A stretch of 64,000 nt of DNA from Euglena gracilis (taxonomy: Eukaryota): NCBI GenBank assembly GCA_039621445.1, contig CP154954.1, positions 41,843,572 to 41,907,571 on the forward strand, read 5' to 3'. Positions 38,234 to 51,676 of the stretch are shown piece after piece. How positions within the stretch are numbered: the stretch's first letter is position 1; every line of letters starts with the position of its first letter. The translations under genes and the position numbers were made by a program. Under the pieces are notes generated by a model. That model made no database searches. It had not been told where the DNA came from and saw nothing but the letters and a program-made list of their open reading frames with translations.

Positions 38234-39119
38234 GTAGCCAGAGTTTTGCTTGGTCCCCCGGGGGATCACTTTTCACAGGCCCACCCATGTATGACCCCCA
38301 GGGGTGGGTGGGTGGGTCGACCCACCCACCCACCTTGGTGCTGGCCACTGAACCACCTCCCTGGGGGGCTGGGGGGGGGTTATGTGGGTCAGTCTGGCCT
38401 GGCCAAATGCCGTGCTGGAATTTTGAACAGTTTTGAACGGTTTGAACGGACACGCCAACCCAATTGAATGCTGATGACTCCTTGGACAGGTTGGAATTAA
38501 TCCCCTGGGCTGCCTGGGCAGCCCAGGCAGCCTTTAACCAGGCTGCTTTTCAAGACCCCTGGAGGGGGGGATCCCCCCACCCAGCCCGGCGCGGGGGAAT
38601 CGGGCCGTCTGAGGGCACTTCCAAAAAAATTTCGATGCAAAGCGCCAAAACCCACACTCAGGCCTCTGGCCCCGGACCCCCTCCCCTGTGTGCACTGTGC
38701 AAGGGTTTTTTATCTTTTTTAAGACCGGGGGGGGGGTCCCCTCCCACCCACCCACCCCCTGGGCTGGGGGGGCCCTGGGGGGTCCCAGGGGACCCACAAA
38801 AAAATGGCCGAAAAATCGCGAAAAGTGCTAAAAATAGCACTTTTTCGGCGCCTTCGGCGCCGAAAAGTATATCCCACCCCCCTCTGGGGGGACCCCCCTC
38901 CCCGGCTCGGCCGGACATACCCCCCTCCCCCCCCCCCGGGGGTCAACGACTAAAAAACCCCTGCCACTGTGGCTGATTGTTTGGTGCCTTTTATCCCTAT
39001 TTCTGGCCTGGTGCTGTTTTTCGCCTCTGGCCCTTTTTGTCTGTGTACGTGGAGGTGGTCAGACTGGCGGGACTTACCTTGTTTATGACGCCGGCCACCA
39101 AGCGCCCGCCAGGCACATA

Positions 39120-39427
39120 CCTACCCCCCCCCCCGGGAAACTGTCACCCGACAGGTTGGCCAGTACCAGGGACCCTGCCAACTTCCTATACTGACAGGTT
39201 GGCCAGTACCAGGGACCCTGACAGTTTCCCGGGCGGGACCCTGACAGTTTCCCGGGTAGGGCATTTCAAGGGAAAGTCAATGAAAAATGACCCTGACAGG
39301 TTGGCCGGTACCGGGGACCCTGACAACTTCCTATACTGACAGGTTGGCCGGTACCAGGGACGCTGACAGTTTCCCGGGCGGGACCCTGACAGGTTCTCGG
39401 GCATGACAGTTTCCCGGGGGGGGGAGG
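39120..39427. mobile_element. Tc1/mariner-type MITE with internal repeats (related fragment ~30160-30257)
   Basis: TIRs cct(a)cccccccccgggaaactgtca / tgacagtttcccggggggggagg flanked by TA; internal ctgacaggttggcc repeats. Confidence 0.8.
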
Positions 39428-39952
39428 TACTCCACTTTAGTTATGGAGGGTCTCCTTCACCGTGACGAAGCACCCCAGACCCCCCCGGGGGGTCCCAGAC
39501 CGAGCCCACCCACCCACTCCCCTTCCCCCCGGGGGGGGGGGGGGAGGAGGCCTTCTGACCTTAACCCAAAACCCTTAAAATTTTTGGCCAAAATGCCTTA
39601 AATTGCCTTAAAATGCCTTAAAGAATTCGGACTGGCAGAATCTGACCAAGCAAAAATGAAAGCGCCAAATCTCGACAAAAAAAAACAGGTCAAGTTTGGG
39701 GGAAAATTATTTCTGGCATCACTGGAACATTGTCCATCCGACCAAAGCTCAAAAAAATGCGGTTATAAACTTTAATTTGATTTTGGCCCACGTGCAAGAT
39801 CAAAAAAGTTGGTTCGATGATGATAGCCCTTCGACCTGGAGGTGGAAAAAAAAACGCTTAAACAGCCTTAAAATGCCTTAAAAGGCTTAAAAAAAATGCA
39901 TTAAAATTCTGAAAAAAAAGGCCTTAAAAATAATTCCTGGCTGCCCGCTGGG

Positions 39953-40297
39953 CAGGTAAACCCCCCCAAATAATAAACCCCCCCAAATAATAACCCCCCC
40001 AAATAATAACCCCCCCCCCCCGAGGACCGACTTCGGCCGCCCAAATAATAAACCCCCCCATCTGGCAGGTGTGAGGCAAAGAAAAAAAGAGTCAAAAATT
40101 AGCAGGAATGTTGCAAAAAATCACAAAAATGGATCAAATTGGTGCAGAAAATACGCCAAAAAAGCACCCAGTTTTCAAAAAATGCCAAAAATGCCCAAAA
40201 AAGTGACCATTGGAGCCTGTGGAGGAGTTTTCGGGACGATTCTTGACTTCGAAAATTTTGCCCAAATAATAACCCCCCCCCAAATAATAAACCCCCC
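39953..40297. repeat. Cluster of CCCCAAATAATAA(A)CCCC motifs, probably MITE subterminal repeats
   Basis: Six same-orientation copies. Confidence 0.7.
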
Positions 40298-41029
40298 TTG
40301 ACCCGACGACGAAGAAACAAACCCCGTCCATGACTGAAAAATCCAGCCCGGAGCGACAAATTCACATCGCATGGCACAATTATGCGCATCTGCACATGCG
40401 GGGGACACACCCATACAATTTTTTCTGAGGGGGGCCCACTTCCACCTTTCCAAAAACCAGCCACTGATTATTTATCGGGAAACCACTCAGTCACAACCCC
40501 TCCCCAAAGTTGAGCAACTCGTTGCTCAAATTTGTATTTTAGCCGATCTGCCCAAGGGGTGCTTAAGTTTGGCGGTTGCTGAAATCTGGGTTTCACCAGA
40601 CACATCGAGGGGTTGTTTGAATTCGAACTAAACGGTCAACAGAAAAAAATGTCTCTTCTTGTTCAAATGAAAGGAGGAGGAGGGTTTCAGAGCGAAAGTG
40701 CATGCGACAACATGATGATGTACCCCCCAAAAGGCGCAGATTCGACAAGTTTGACAAATTCCCTTGAACTTATGCTATTTTTGTTATAATATTTTGTTTT
40801 AATAAAAGCCTGAGAAAGCACCAGAAAATAGTCGCATATTGGAAAATACACATTGAGCAAACCGTCCAAAAATATCACTGCATTCGACATCAAATTTGTC
40901 GTGCCGGATTGTGTTCAACCCCCACCTGAGAAATCACCAGACTGCAATGATCTTTCAAACCTGGTGCGCAGTGGGGCGTTGCATTGGAGTAACACGTCCA
41001 GCTGATTCCTCACAACATGCTTATGCATA

Positions 41030-41300
41030 CGTGACTGCCGGGCCTCCTCTGCCGCCTCGTACTCCACCAGCAGCCGCCGCCACTCCTCCGGGCCCCCCTC
41101 CTCCTCCTGCTGCGGCTGTCGCCCCGCCGGCTCCCTCACACTGGAGGGTGTGGGGATCTCCTCTGGCTCGGGGCTGGGGGCCGGGGGCGGCACCGCTCGC
41201 AGGGTGGGTGGGGGACTTCCCCCCGAGGGGTGGCAGGCGGGACTCTGCAACCGCCAACCGAAGCCTGGCGTGGCAGCGTGCAGCAGACCCGGGGATCTGG
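41030..41300 (-). CDS. Candidate downstream exon, product unknown
   Basis: GC/CpG-rich open frame PEPEEIPTP...EEWRRLLVEYEAAEEAR; boundaries approximate. Confidence 0.5.
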
Positions 41301-42639
41301 AGGTTCCATATGTGTGCCCCAAACGTGTGAGGAATGCCGGGTTTGGGGGTGATGCGAAAGGAGGGAAAACATGACGGGCAGATGGAGAGGATGGGATGTT
41401 AAGAAAAGTGTTTCCTTGCACACATGACCCCCCTCAATCGCTTGCTTATCCAACCAGGAGGGTACTAGAAGCCATTTTGCAGAGGCTTTTTGTGGGAGGA
41501 CACTATTGCCTTTCCTCTTCTCAATTAACGTAATTTGTCCTACCGAGGGGGGAATCTGACCGGGAACATTTGCCGATGGGAAAAATTCTGCCGGGAAAAA
41601 TATTGGACGAATCCTTAAAATGCCGGGAAAAATCCTGAACGCTCGCTTAAACCAGGTGGGAAAAAATATTAGACAGCTGGGAAAAAAGCGCAAAGGTTTT
41701 GCGCTGACCAGCAGTTGAATGAGAAAGCATGGCTGCGCCTGGTGAATCCAAACAGAAACCACAGTCAGTATTGGCTAGTATTGGCTATTGCACAGTATTG
41801 GCACAGTATTGGCTATTGCACCACCACCTCCCTATCCATTGGTGTACCTTCCGCACGAGCACCATCAAAATACTTCCTTAAAACAGCAGTTTCCGACTGC
41901 GTCATCAAACCAGGGCGGCCCACTTTGCCGATACTGTCACCCCTTGCCAACTGGTTACCCAAAAAATGGATGGTTGACTTTGGTTGGTGCTTCCTGCCAT
42001 ACTTCAGCTGCACTGCAAGAAAAAGAAATATTCCTGCTGCAAATTGGCTCGCAGCGCCGAATATTTTTTTGGGGGGTCATTCACTGGAGGAAAATGGACT
42101 TTCCTTAAATCTGCCGGGAAAAATCCTGGACGAATCCTTAAAAAGGCGGGAAAAATCCTGGACAAAATTTCGTCCAGAATTTTTCCCACAACATTTTTTT
42201 TCCCGTACAAGGCCCCCCCCCCCCCCCGGGACTTCCTGGTCTCCTGGGTAATGACAGATGAGTGCACTGAAAACTGGCACGATGCGAAGTTTTCTGCGCT
42301 AAACAACCCAAAAATGATGGGAATTGGGGGGAGGATGAGCCCAGAAAGAGAAAAATAAAGAACCAGGGAGCCTCCAAATGTGCAAGCCTTATGTCACTGT
42401 ACAACTAGGCAAATAATACAATTGTTTCAGGTGCCGCTTTTGCCTTAACAACGCAAACGTTGGTAAACTTTTTAATAATAATTCGGGAATTATGTTAAAA
42501 GTACAACTTCAAAGTTCCAAGGATTGGGGTACTTATTTAAACGCTGTACATTTGTGGAAGGGATGGAGATCACATTTAAATGCAAAATGAAATATGCCGA
42601 AGATTTGGGTTGGAATGAAAACCGCAGAAATCCTTGTGC

Positions 42640-42835
42640 CTCTTGGCTGGCGGGAAGCAAACAGACCCAGCCACTTGGTTTAAAGCCCAACGATGCAAGA
42701 TGAATGTGACGCTCCAAAATTGCCCACCCTGCCCTGGCCTTCCGCTTGCCCTTCTGGTCACCGCTCGGGCGGTGGGCAGTGCGGACGGAATAGTGCGCAG
42801 CGCCTTCCTCCAGCTTCACGCTAGGCGGGGGCTTC
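42640..42835 (-). CDS. Candidate downstream exon, product unknown
   Basis: GC-rich open frame KPPPSVKLEEGAAHYSVRT after a CTG+5 boundary; boundaries approximate. Confidence 0.4.
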
Positions 42836-44399
42836 CTTGGCAGATTAAAGGAAGGTGGTGGGGGGTTTGCCTGGGTGCTGTGTTGAGGTCCTGGACAGGG
42901 CTGTACGGGAAAGCCTGGTGGGGGGGATGGGTTGACCCTCTCACAAAGTTCGTTCGGCGCCAAAGGTGTCGAAGGAAAACTTTGACCTAAAGATTGGCGC
43001 CCCCGGAAATATGGGGAGGCCAGGTGGGGGGGGGGGCGGTCGGACCCCCCGCCAGCATGGGGGTGGGGGGGGGGGGGTGGTCGACCCCCCAACACCCATG
43101 GGGTTGCAGGGATTCCCATACAGCCATGGTCCCGACGTACACCATATTGAAGCCTGTGAACTACCCATCAAAAAAAGGTTTCCACTCATTTTCCTGAATT
43201 CCCCCTCCTTCCTGAGTTTTGAGCCCCTCAAAATCTAAATGGCCCACAACTCCGGAATCCCGAGGAGTTGTGGAACTTGGTGCCTTGAATTGCCCATGAA
43301 AACAAGATGTCCAGATCAAAGCTAGCCATTTGGACACCCAGAAAAAGTTATTTTACGATCTTGCTACCAGCTCAGCCCCATTATGTTTGGGAAGACACAA
43401 ATTCCATAAAAAATGCAGCTTTTTTGCAGAGTTGGCATCAATGCAGCACACAGCCAACGTCACATTGGCGTCAATAAGGCAAAAAAAATCAGGGGACCTC
43501 GTAAAGACTTTTGTACCAGTGTGTTGTAAAGACTTATGCACCAGACCACCGCCGCCATAAGCAGCGGTCCGCTACAGTCTGGCAGGCTGTATTTTGGTCA
43601 GGTGCCGACCCCACCCCGAGGGGGGGGGGGGGCGGGGCGAGGTGGGTGCTTTGGACGCGATCACGCAGGTGGGTGCTTTGGAACCCACCTGCGTGATTCT
43701 TTTTGTCATTTTCTTCATGTTTTCTTGCCATCAAAATGGGGGGGGGGTGCACTTGTAGTGGACTGGAGGGTTCGGCAGCAGAGGGTGCGTTTTATTTGGA
43801 CCCTGTGCTTGTTGAGGCCAGACGTTCATTCTCCAATGCCATGTGATGTACTTCTTGGGACCTCCCCTATGTTGGGGGGAACAAGTTTTTCCAAGCTTTA
43901 TTTGTTTACAAAAAAATCCTTTTGTCCTAAAAATTCCTTTTCCAAAACACAAATTGGCAAAGTTTGCAACCCTTGAAAAAACCGATTGCCCCTTTAAAAC
44001 CAACCCTTTTTGGACCGACAAACGACTGAGAGCCACCAAGACCAAAGAAAATGCTTATTGGGGGGGATGTAATGGACATTTACAATCATTCAACGACCAC
44101 TGGCTTGTTGCAAAAAAGTACAAGGTCTCATGGTCAAACAACTCATGCACTTACCATTTTCCAAACCGGATATTTTTCGATTCCAATCCTTGAATTTTGA
44201 AAAGCTTGTGCGAGTCTAGATTTTTGATGAGAGTCTCTCAAAGTGAAAATTGTTCACCTTCAACTCCATATAAAAAGCTTCATGGTTTGTGCTCTCGTTT
44301 GTCCACCAAAAAAGCATCTACATTTTCAATACAAATTAAAATTGAATGGAAAAAAAGATACAAAATGAAGCCCCTGTGGAGGAAGCAGTCATCATCACC

Positions 44400-44755
44400 A
44401 GAGGCTTCTCTTCGGCTGCACCGACATCAACGTCTGTAACTGGGAGTCTGCGAATAACAGGGCCGACGTCGGCCCCCAGCAGGTCCGCCCAGTACGGGTG
44501 GTTTACCGGCACGCGGTGGCGGAAGAAGAAGCCCCGCAGCAGCTGCTGCCGCCGCAGCGTCTCCTCCGGGAACGACGATGCCTTGCCGTACGTCATGCTG
44601 GCCGGGCTGTGGCGCGACATGCTGCGATATCGGTTGCTCACCACTGCAGCGGTACGGTGGGGCAGCAGCGCCGTGACCGTCTTCCAGTCGATCGGTCCAC
44701 TCTGCGATTCCACAGCACTGAGAATGGTCTGGTCCTCCTCCGCCGTGAACGCGTC
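44400..44755 (-). CDS. Host gene exon encoding a Myb/SANT DNA-binding domain (3' boundary approximate)
   Basis: FTAEEDQTILSAVESQSGPIDWKTVTALLPHRTAAVVSNRY at ~44627-44749 fits the Myb repeat consensus. Confidence 0.82.
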
Positions 44756-44811
44756 GGGGCCAGGCTGCCACCCACGAGGGCACCCATATGGTATCCGTGC
44801 GCAGCCTGGGC
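44756..44811 (-). other. Nonconventional intron, 56 bp
   Basis: gcc-CAGGCTGC...GCAGCCTG-gcccc (perfect 8-bp stem); removal resolves the apparent frameshift to FCSY|DAFTAEED. Confidence 0.85.
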
Positions 44812-45081
44812 GTAGCTGCAGAAGACCCGCCGGAAGATGTCACCGACGAGGTGAGTAATACGTTTCTTCTTGCTGCACAGTGTCTGCGCCGTTGGCCACA
44901 GCTTGTCCAGGTCGAGCCAGCCCTCCTCCTGAAGGCAGTCGGCGATGCACCGGACGACGGCCTCGAGGTGGCCCTCCTCCGGGGTGGCGGGGGTGATGTA
45001 GGGGACGGGGGCCAAATATCGCAGTGACTGGGGCTGGGCCAGAGGGTACTCCACCGTTCCTCTTAGGTTCAGCCCATATTC
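44812..45081 (-). CDS. Host Myb/SANT-domain gene, exon (90 codons)
   Basis: EYGLNLRGTVEYPLAQ...IFRRVFCSY, in the frame of ORF 44638..45054. Confidence 0.8.
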
Positions 45082-45169
45082 CCTGACAGGCCTTTCTGAT
45101 CTTTGAACTGAATGCCGCCCAAAAACAAACGAGAGACTTAAAAAAACAACTGTATACCTATGGAAGGCC

Positions 45170-46405
45170 TAACCCCCCCAAAAAATAAGACCCGGGTCTT
45201 ATTTTTGGGTCCTTTTCTGGAGACCTCCAGGGGGGGTCATATATTTTGGGGGAGTCTTATTTTTGGATTTTTTCTTGACCGACCCGGGCCCGAAAAAAAT
45301 GTCATTTTTCAGGTTCCAAAAAGCATCAAATATTTTCCTTTGGCGCTGCGCCATGTGGTGTGAGTTGACATTTAGCATGTTTTTTTGCACCCCAAAGATC
45401 AGAAATTTTTTGAAATTTCATCATTTTTGTAATTTTTCAGGGAAAATCTTCGGCTCTTCGCGCCGTCAGGGGGGGTAGCCTCCAGCCACCCTTTGGGCAG
45501 GGTCCAAATTAAAAAAAAAACTCGTCGATGGTCGATGGAGGGGAGTCCGGGGCAAGAAAAAGGCTGCTGGCTGGACCCCCCTTCCTGGGGATGGGGTGAC
45601 ATTTAGCATGTTTTTTTGCACCCCAAAGATCAGAAATTTTTTGAAATTTCATCATTTTTGTAATTTTTCAGGGAAAATCTTCGGCTCTTCGCGCCGTCAG
45701 GGGGGGTAGCCTCCAGCCACCCTTTGGGCAGGGTCCAAATTAAAAAAAAAACTCGTCGATGGTCGATGGAGGGGAGTCCGGGGCAAGAAAAAGGCTGCTG
45801 CTGGCTGGACCCCCCTTCCTGGGGATGGGGTGCTCAAGTGACGCCCTGATTGGAGGACCTTTTTTGATTTTCTTTTGGGGTTGTCAAACTTAGAAGACCT
45901 GCTTTCCACGCAATTTCTCCTCAGCGGCAAAAAAAAAACTCACGTGGTTCTTGGTGGTGTGAAGAAACACAAACTCTGTGGAAACCCCATTTTTTCGATA
46001 GGGTGGATTCACTGAGGTTTTGCGATGGATTTGACCCCCTTTGAACGCAGGCGAGGGGAATCCCCAGCATGTGCACACAGTGCACATTTTTCGAGGGCGA
46101 TTTTTCGATTTCCCAGTGAATTTTTAGGACAATTTTATGTGGAGGCCAATTTTGATATTGCAAAGCCATGTCCTGGGAAGTTGCCACTGAGGACTGTGCC
46201 TCATGGGTTGACATGAACATCAAAAGGACGGTCCGTTCCGTCTGGATCTGGGGGGACGTTCATCGGGTATGGGGTGCATTTTGTGTTTGCATTTTGCTTC
46301 AAAGGTGACAAGCACGACAGTCCGGGGGGTCTTATTTTTGGGGGGTCTTATTTTGGTTTTCTGCTCGATCGGCCCAGGGTGGGGTCTTATTTTTGAGGGG
46401 GTTTA
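45170..46405. mobile_element. Non-autonomous TIR element with subterminal GGGTCTTATTTT repeats
   Basis: taacccccccaaaaaataagaccc / gggtcttatttttgagggggttta. Confidence 0.6.
45366..45832. repeat. Tandem duplication, ~231-bp unit x2
   Basis: 45366-45596 nearly identical to 45597-45832. Confidence 0.95.
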
Positions 46406-49400
46406 CCGCAAGTTCCTACCACGCAATTATTCCCAGACATTCTGAGGGGTCACTTTCCACTTTAAAAAAAAGCCTATCCAGGTTCTCATATAAAAGCGTC
46501 GGTCAGGTTGTGCCATGCACATAAATTGCAGCCATAAATTCGGTGGGGAAATGAAAAAAATCTAAAGAAAAGTATAATAAATTGGGCCGGGCGGCCTAGG
46601 GTTGGGGACTGGGATCACCAGTCTGCTGAGGGGATTGGACCATCCATTTTATGGTAAAACCGTCAAATTCCTCTTGTGTTCTCATTGGTCATGACAAAAC
46701 CATCGATTTCTCATTTTCCCCGCAAAATCCTGGGAAGTCTGGGTCATGCATAGGATTAGGGTTTGGGTTCGGATTTGGCCCAAAACCAAACTGAGGACTG
46801 AACTTGGCCAAAATTTGGGCCTGATTTTGAACTTTGTTAGCCTGAAATTAGGCACAACTGCCTAAATTCAGCCCAAAATTAGCGTCACCCTAAACCTATT
46901 CCAAACCCTGATCCTATCCCCAACCACCAACCCTGTGTGCTGTGTGGGCACCATGAATCCTTGGGTCATCTCCGGGTGGCGGGGCGTTGCCAGCCTGGGT
47001 GTGGATCTCAGGCCCACTTCGTTACCCAGGCGGGTCTCACTGCCCCCTCCACAACGAAGTGGGACCCCCCCCAGAGAGTCTCACCAGTTCATGGCTGCCG
47101 CTTAGGTGGCCTAACTTGCCTTAATGTTGGAAATGGCTGGGGCATTGCGCAAATGCACAACCTCCAAAAATTTTCCAATCTCCAATCCCGAGTTGTGATT
47201 TCCAGGAAAACCCATGTTGGTGTGCTGGATGCCCTCACAGCCTGGCATGAAAGCAACAACTTAGAACTTTTCTGTCTGTGGGCATAGGTCTCCCAAGGTC
47301 CATTGTGCATGAACCTGACAGCGCTGGGCAATGAAATGAGTGGACTCCATTGAAAAGATTCTGTGTTTGCGCAACGGAGAACCTAAATTTTGAATTGCAA
47401 AAAATAGAAATATTGTGCATTTGCAAAATGTTTTTTAATTAGGTGTAACTCTGAATGTGGGTGATCATTGCCCAAAATCATTGCATTTGCGCAATAATAA
47501 TAAGCACCTTCATACTTAAATTTGTTTTTGTTGTGTATCTGTGCAATGGGTGTCAGACCTTTTTCTTTTTATCAACCCTGGGGCTACTCTTGTCTGTGTG
47601 GTGCAGACAGTTAAATATGAGCTCTGCATCACCCTCTGGGGGGGGGGGGCTGAAAAACAAGCTCCACAGACAAGTCAGCGTGGGACGGAAGAATGGTTCC
47701 ACCACCCATGGGGCACCCTCTGGGACAGGGGATGCCTTGTGGTATGGAGAGCCTGCCCATATGTTGTTCATCTGCACAACGGCCACGCGGATTTAGAATT
47801 TAAAAATTCCATGTCCATCGTGTATTTTTGCATTGAAACATTTAAACTTTCGTTCTAAATCAACTTGCTTTCTTTTGAAAAAAAAAGTTTGCACCCTCCA
47901 AGGGTGGGTGCTGGGTATTTTTTTTTTAAGTTTGGACCCCCCGAGGAGGTTCAAATTTGGTCAGGTGGAGTGGGTCTCCTGCCGGGGGCGGGGTTTGCTT
48001 CTTTTTCGACGCGAAGCGCCAAAATTTTTTGGATCCCAATTTCCCCCCCCCCCCCCCCCAAAAGCACCCCCTCAAGGGGTCGGGGGTGGGTGGGTCAGTT
48101 CAGGTCTCCCCTGAGTCTTTAAAAAGAAACCCCTGGCAGGCCGGGGGTGGGGCATTTGCAACCCGGGGGGGGGGGGTTGGGTTTTGGAATGGTTGCGCTG
48201 TACATGCACACCCGGGCATTGAAGGCACCGAGGGCCCGAAAATGGTCATTTGGAAGAGAAAGGTGGCTTGGTTGGCAGGCACTGGGACCCAAAACCGATC
48301 CCGGGGGGGGGAATCTCACCTCACAACAAAATATATTATCTATTTTCTCATTTTCTGTGCCGATTACACATATGTGCAACAGAAACACATATTTCAAAAT
48401 GCAAATTAGCTTGGTCATTGGCAATTGCGCAACAATCACCAATTTTGGCATCACTGTGGGCAGGAGAACGTTCCTGGAACCATCTCAACTCCAGAGCAGA
48501 CAAAATTGAAACGCAGAACAGCCTTGCTTGGGACAGGCAAACACCACCCTGGTGTGTGTCTGGACCCGGGAGGGAGAAAGCTCTGGAGCTTCCACAAACG
48601 ACCCCGAACGACCCTCGGGGAGGCTCTAGATGCGCCTTGAACGTTGTTTGAGGAAGCTCTATAACCTTCTCATATGTCGTCAGAGGTCTTTCGAGGAGGC
48701 TCTAGAGCCTCCTCCCACGTCCATGCATGCACGTATCACGAGACCCGGGACATCAAATGGGGAAGCGGAGGCAACAAAACGTTTTTGGTACACGACCCTC
48801 CCTGTGTCATGTCAAACTCACCCCTTTTGCGTGCATGTTGACCTAACACTATCTGTTCAAATAGCAACGTCAGAATACATGATACTGGAGTGGATGCTCT
48901 TAAGGCAACAACCACCCCTGCGCACTCCAGTGTTTCCAGTTCCAATACTTCCAAAAACACCTTGGATGGCCAAAGTGGCACTTAAGGATATCACCAAAGC
49001 ATGCACCCCAGGCGGTCCGTGGTCCGGGACCTGGCGGTGCTTGAAACCACCAGCCGGAGCGACATGCACACACCGCACGCACGCACGCACGATCCCGCGC
49101 ACCTGCGCACGTAAGAACACCCCCCCCCTTCTCTGGCGCAATTGCGCCCGTTTTGACCCCCAATCGCACGCATTTGAGGGTGAGTTCAGGCGCAACTGAA
49201 TGCGACCTGACCCCTCCAGTGTGTCGCGTGCCTCGGCACTGGGGCACCCAGAACAAGCGGCGACACTGAGAGAACCAACAGGGACACGCACTCTTCACCA
49301 CTAACATCCAGTGGTTGCAGAACAATGAATCGACCACCGAAAAACTGTGGAACACACACCAGGTGACAAGAACTCGAGCCCTCCGCCGCCCCTGTTCGAG

Positions 49401-51676
49401 ACCCCGAGCCAGAGGGAACACCACTCAGCACCAAACCACGCGCACCTACGCCTGCGGATGTACACACTCCGTGCGCACTTGCGTGATTAAGAGATGGATG
49501 AGGGACCCTGTGGCCCGGGATGAAAACGCAGAAAGAGTGAGGAAACACATTGTGCCGAAGCGCAATAGCCCATATTAAAAAAGAGAAATGAAAACACGCG
49601 GCTAACATGCAATCTGAATGAACAAGCAGTGCATTATATAGGCATACTCACCAAGCCCACACACAGGCTTTGCAGAGAGGCCCCTGACACACCGTAACAC
49701 ATCAATGGAACCCAATGCTCAGCACAAATGTCGTATGCATGTCATGTGTGTTGGTTATCAGCTCTTCGTCTGCGTAGCCCCTATTTTGAAGCCCCTGCCA
49801 ACAGACACTACGCAGGGAGGCCACCACTGTCCCCAGGCGCAGCACCAGGAGGCTGAGGCCTTGACTCTGGCCATGGGAGAGGGGTCTTTGGTGGTCGGGG
49901 TCGCGCGCATGTGCGCCAGATTGGGGATCTCTGAGGAGAGAATCACACATCTGAAAACGTGCTGAACGAGGGGGGTTAAACCTCATTGAGCTGCACGGCG
50001 AAAACATAATGCACCCTTGGTTCTGAAACACACCCAAACCGCCCTAATTTATTGCGATGGCTGACAACTGGTACCACAGTCGGCAGGTCTGATTTTGAGA
50101 TCCCTGAAATAAACCCCCTCCACAGACCTGGTTTCTGGATTGCACGCAACATGAACACGAGTCGAAAATGGACTTGCCAAAAACAAGAGGGCATCCTGGA
50201 CCCAAATTCAAAAAAAACGAGGCCTTGTCCATATAATTTCCTTTGGAAACACGCGTAACACTGCCAAAAAAAGGTCATCATTTCTGGAGTTTCTGGGGCG
50301 GCAGAGCAGCACCGTGCCCAACAAACACTGTGCCATGAAGCGAGGGTGATGGAGTCTCCATTCCTAAAACACGGACGCAGTTGTGCAGGCGGCCCACCTC
50401 ATGGGGCGCTGTAGACCTCTCACGCAGTCGCACTGAAGGTTTCCAAAGAGGGGCTGCAACAGGGTTTTGAAGGCGAGCCTGAAAACTACCCTCAGGTGCG
50501 CACGGTCCTGCGGACCAGTCGATACATCGCCTCCGGATACAAGCCCTGGGGTACCCCCTTCCAGACATCAACTTCCGTTCCCTTGAAAATCCTCCACTGT
50601 TCTAAGACCAGAGGCATTGCCTTCTCCTCTGTTTCCCGGTGAAAGCAAACCCTCTGCCTAGTGCAAACAGCCATGCCATCTGGAGGTTCTTCTGCCTGAG
50701 ACTGTCACATTGACAAGCTAAATGGGGGGCTCATTCATCACTTTCTAAACCCAACACCCTCCAGCCCAGGGGCACATCTGCGCGCGCCTCATGTACCAGC
50801 GTTTTCCACTGGCGTTCAGCATCGGAGACGCTGCGGGACGACTTTAACACCCTTCCCACAAAGCACCGCAACCGTCGCCTCACCCTGGCCATGCTCACAG
50901 GGCTGGAGGCTGCACACCCTCTCCCTGTCAACAGCCCCAGATCGTGCGTAGATGCGCGCGCTTGTTGTGTTTAAACGGGTGCACCTGGTGCGTGGATTGA
51001 CTGGAGGGGCACACTCAGCTTACCCCACGTCAAACCACCGGTTGGGAGTGTCCTCATCTGTCTTACCAACTGTGGGCAGATGCAGGGTCTGTACCACGGC
51101 AGGGATCACGCATCTCCTCCCGCCAGCATGCACACACGACGTCATCCAACGCATCGACACAACTCCAGCCCCACTACTGCACGCATGTCCAAAATGGCCC
51201 TCAATGATCATCCGCACACCCTCTGCGGCGCCCAAAGCTCCCAACGCTCCAACCTAATGGCACCCTGCACAGCACACCCCACGCCTTGCACAGCTGCGGC
51301 ATTTGGGGGGAGGGTTTATTTGAATGAGAAGCTTATCAGGATGTGATCAGCCTAACACGGGGAAAATGCACTACTATTAGCCTGTCGTAAAAATGCACAA
51401 AGGTATGCAAAAATGTGCAAAATCTGAACAGAGAGAGAGAGAGAGAGGGAGATAAAACACAAAAATCACAAAAAAATGCAAAATCGCCAAAAAAAGCAAA
51501 AAAATAGAAAGAAGAAATCATATGGAGATACGAGGGCGGGAAGAGGAAGCTTTCAAAAAAGGCCAACAAATTTCAAAGAAAGAAAACGCAAAAAAAAAGC
51601 CCAAAATGGCCAAAAAAACAAGGTCAAAAATTGGGCAAATCACAAAAAAAGGGTGTGCCGAAAGCAACACAACAAA

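Noticed and set aside
50300-51300. Decayed non-LTR retrotransposon on the minus strand (IIEGHF, PT...WFD, GVPQG)
   Set aside because: Motifs are too short and their spacing is unconvincing; needs a translated search
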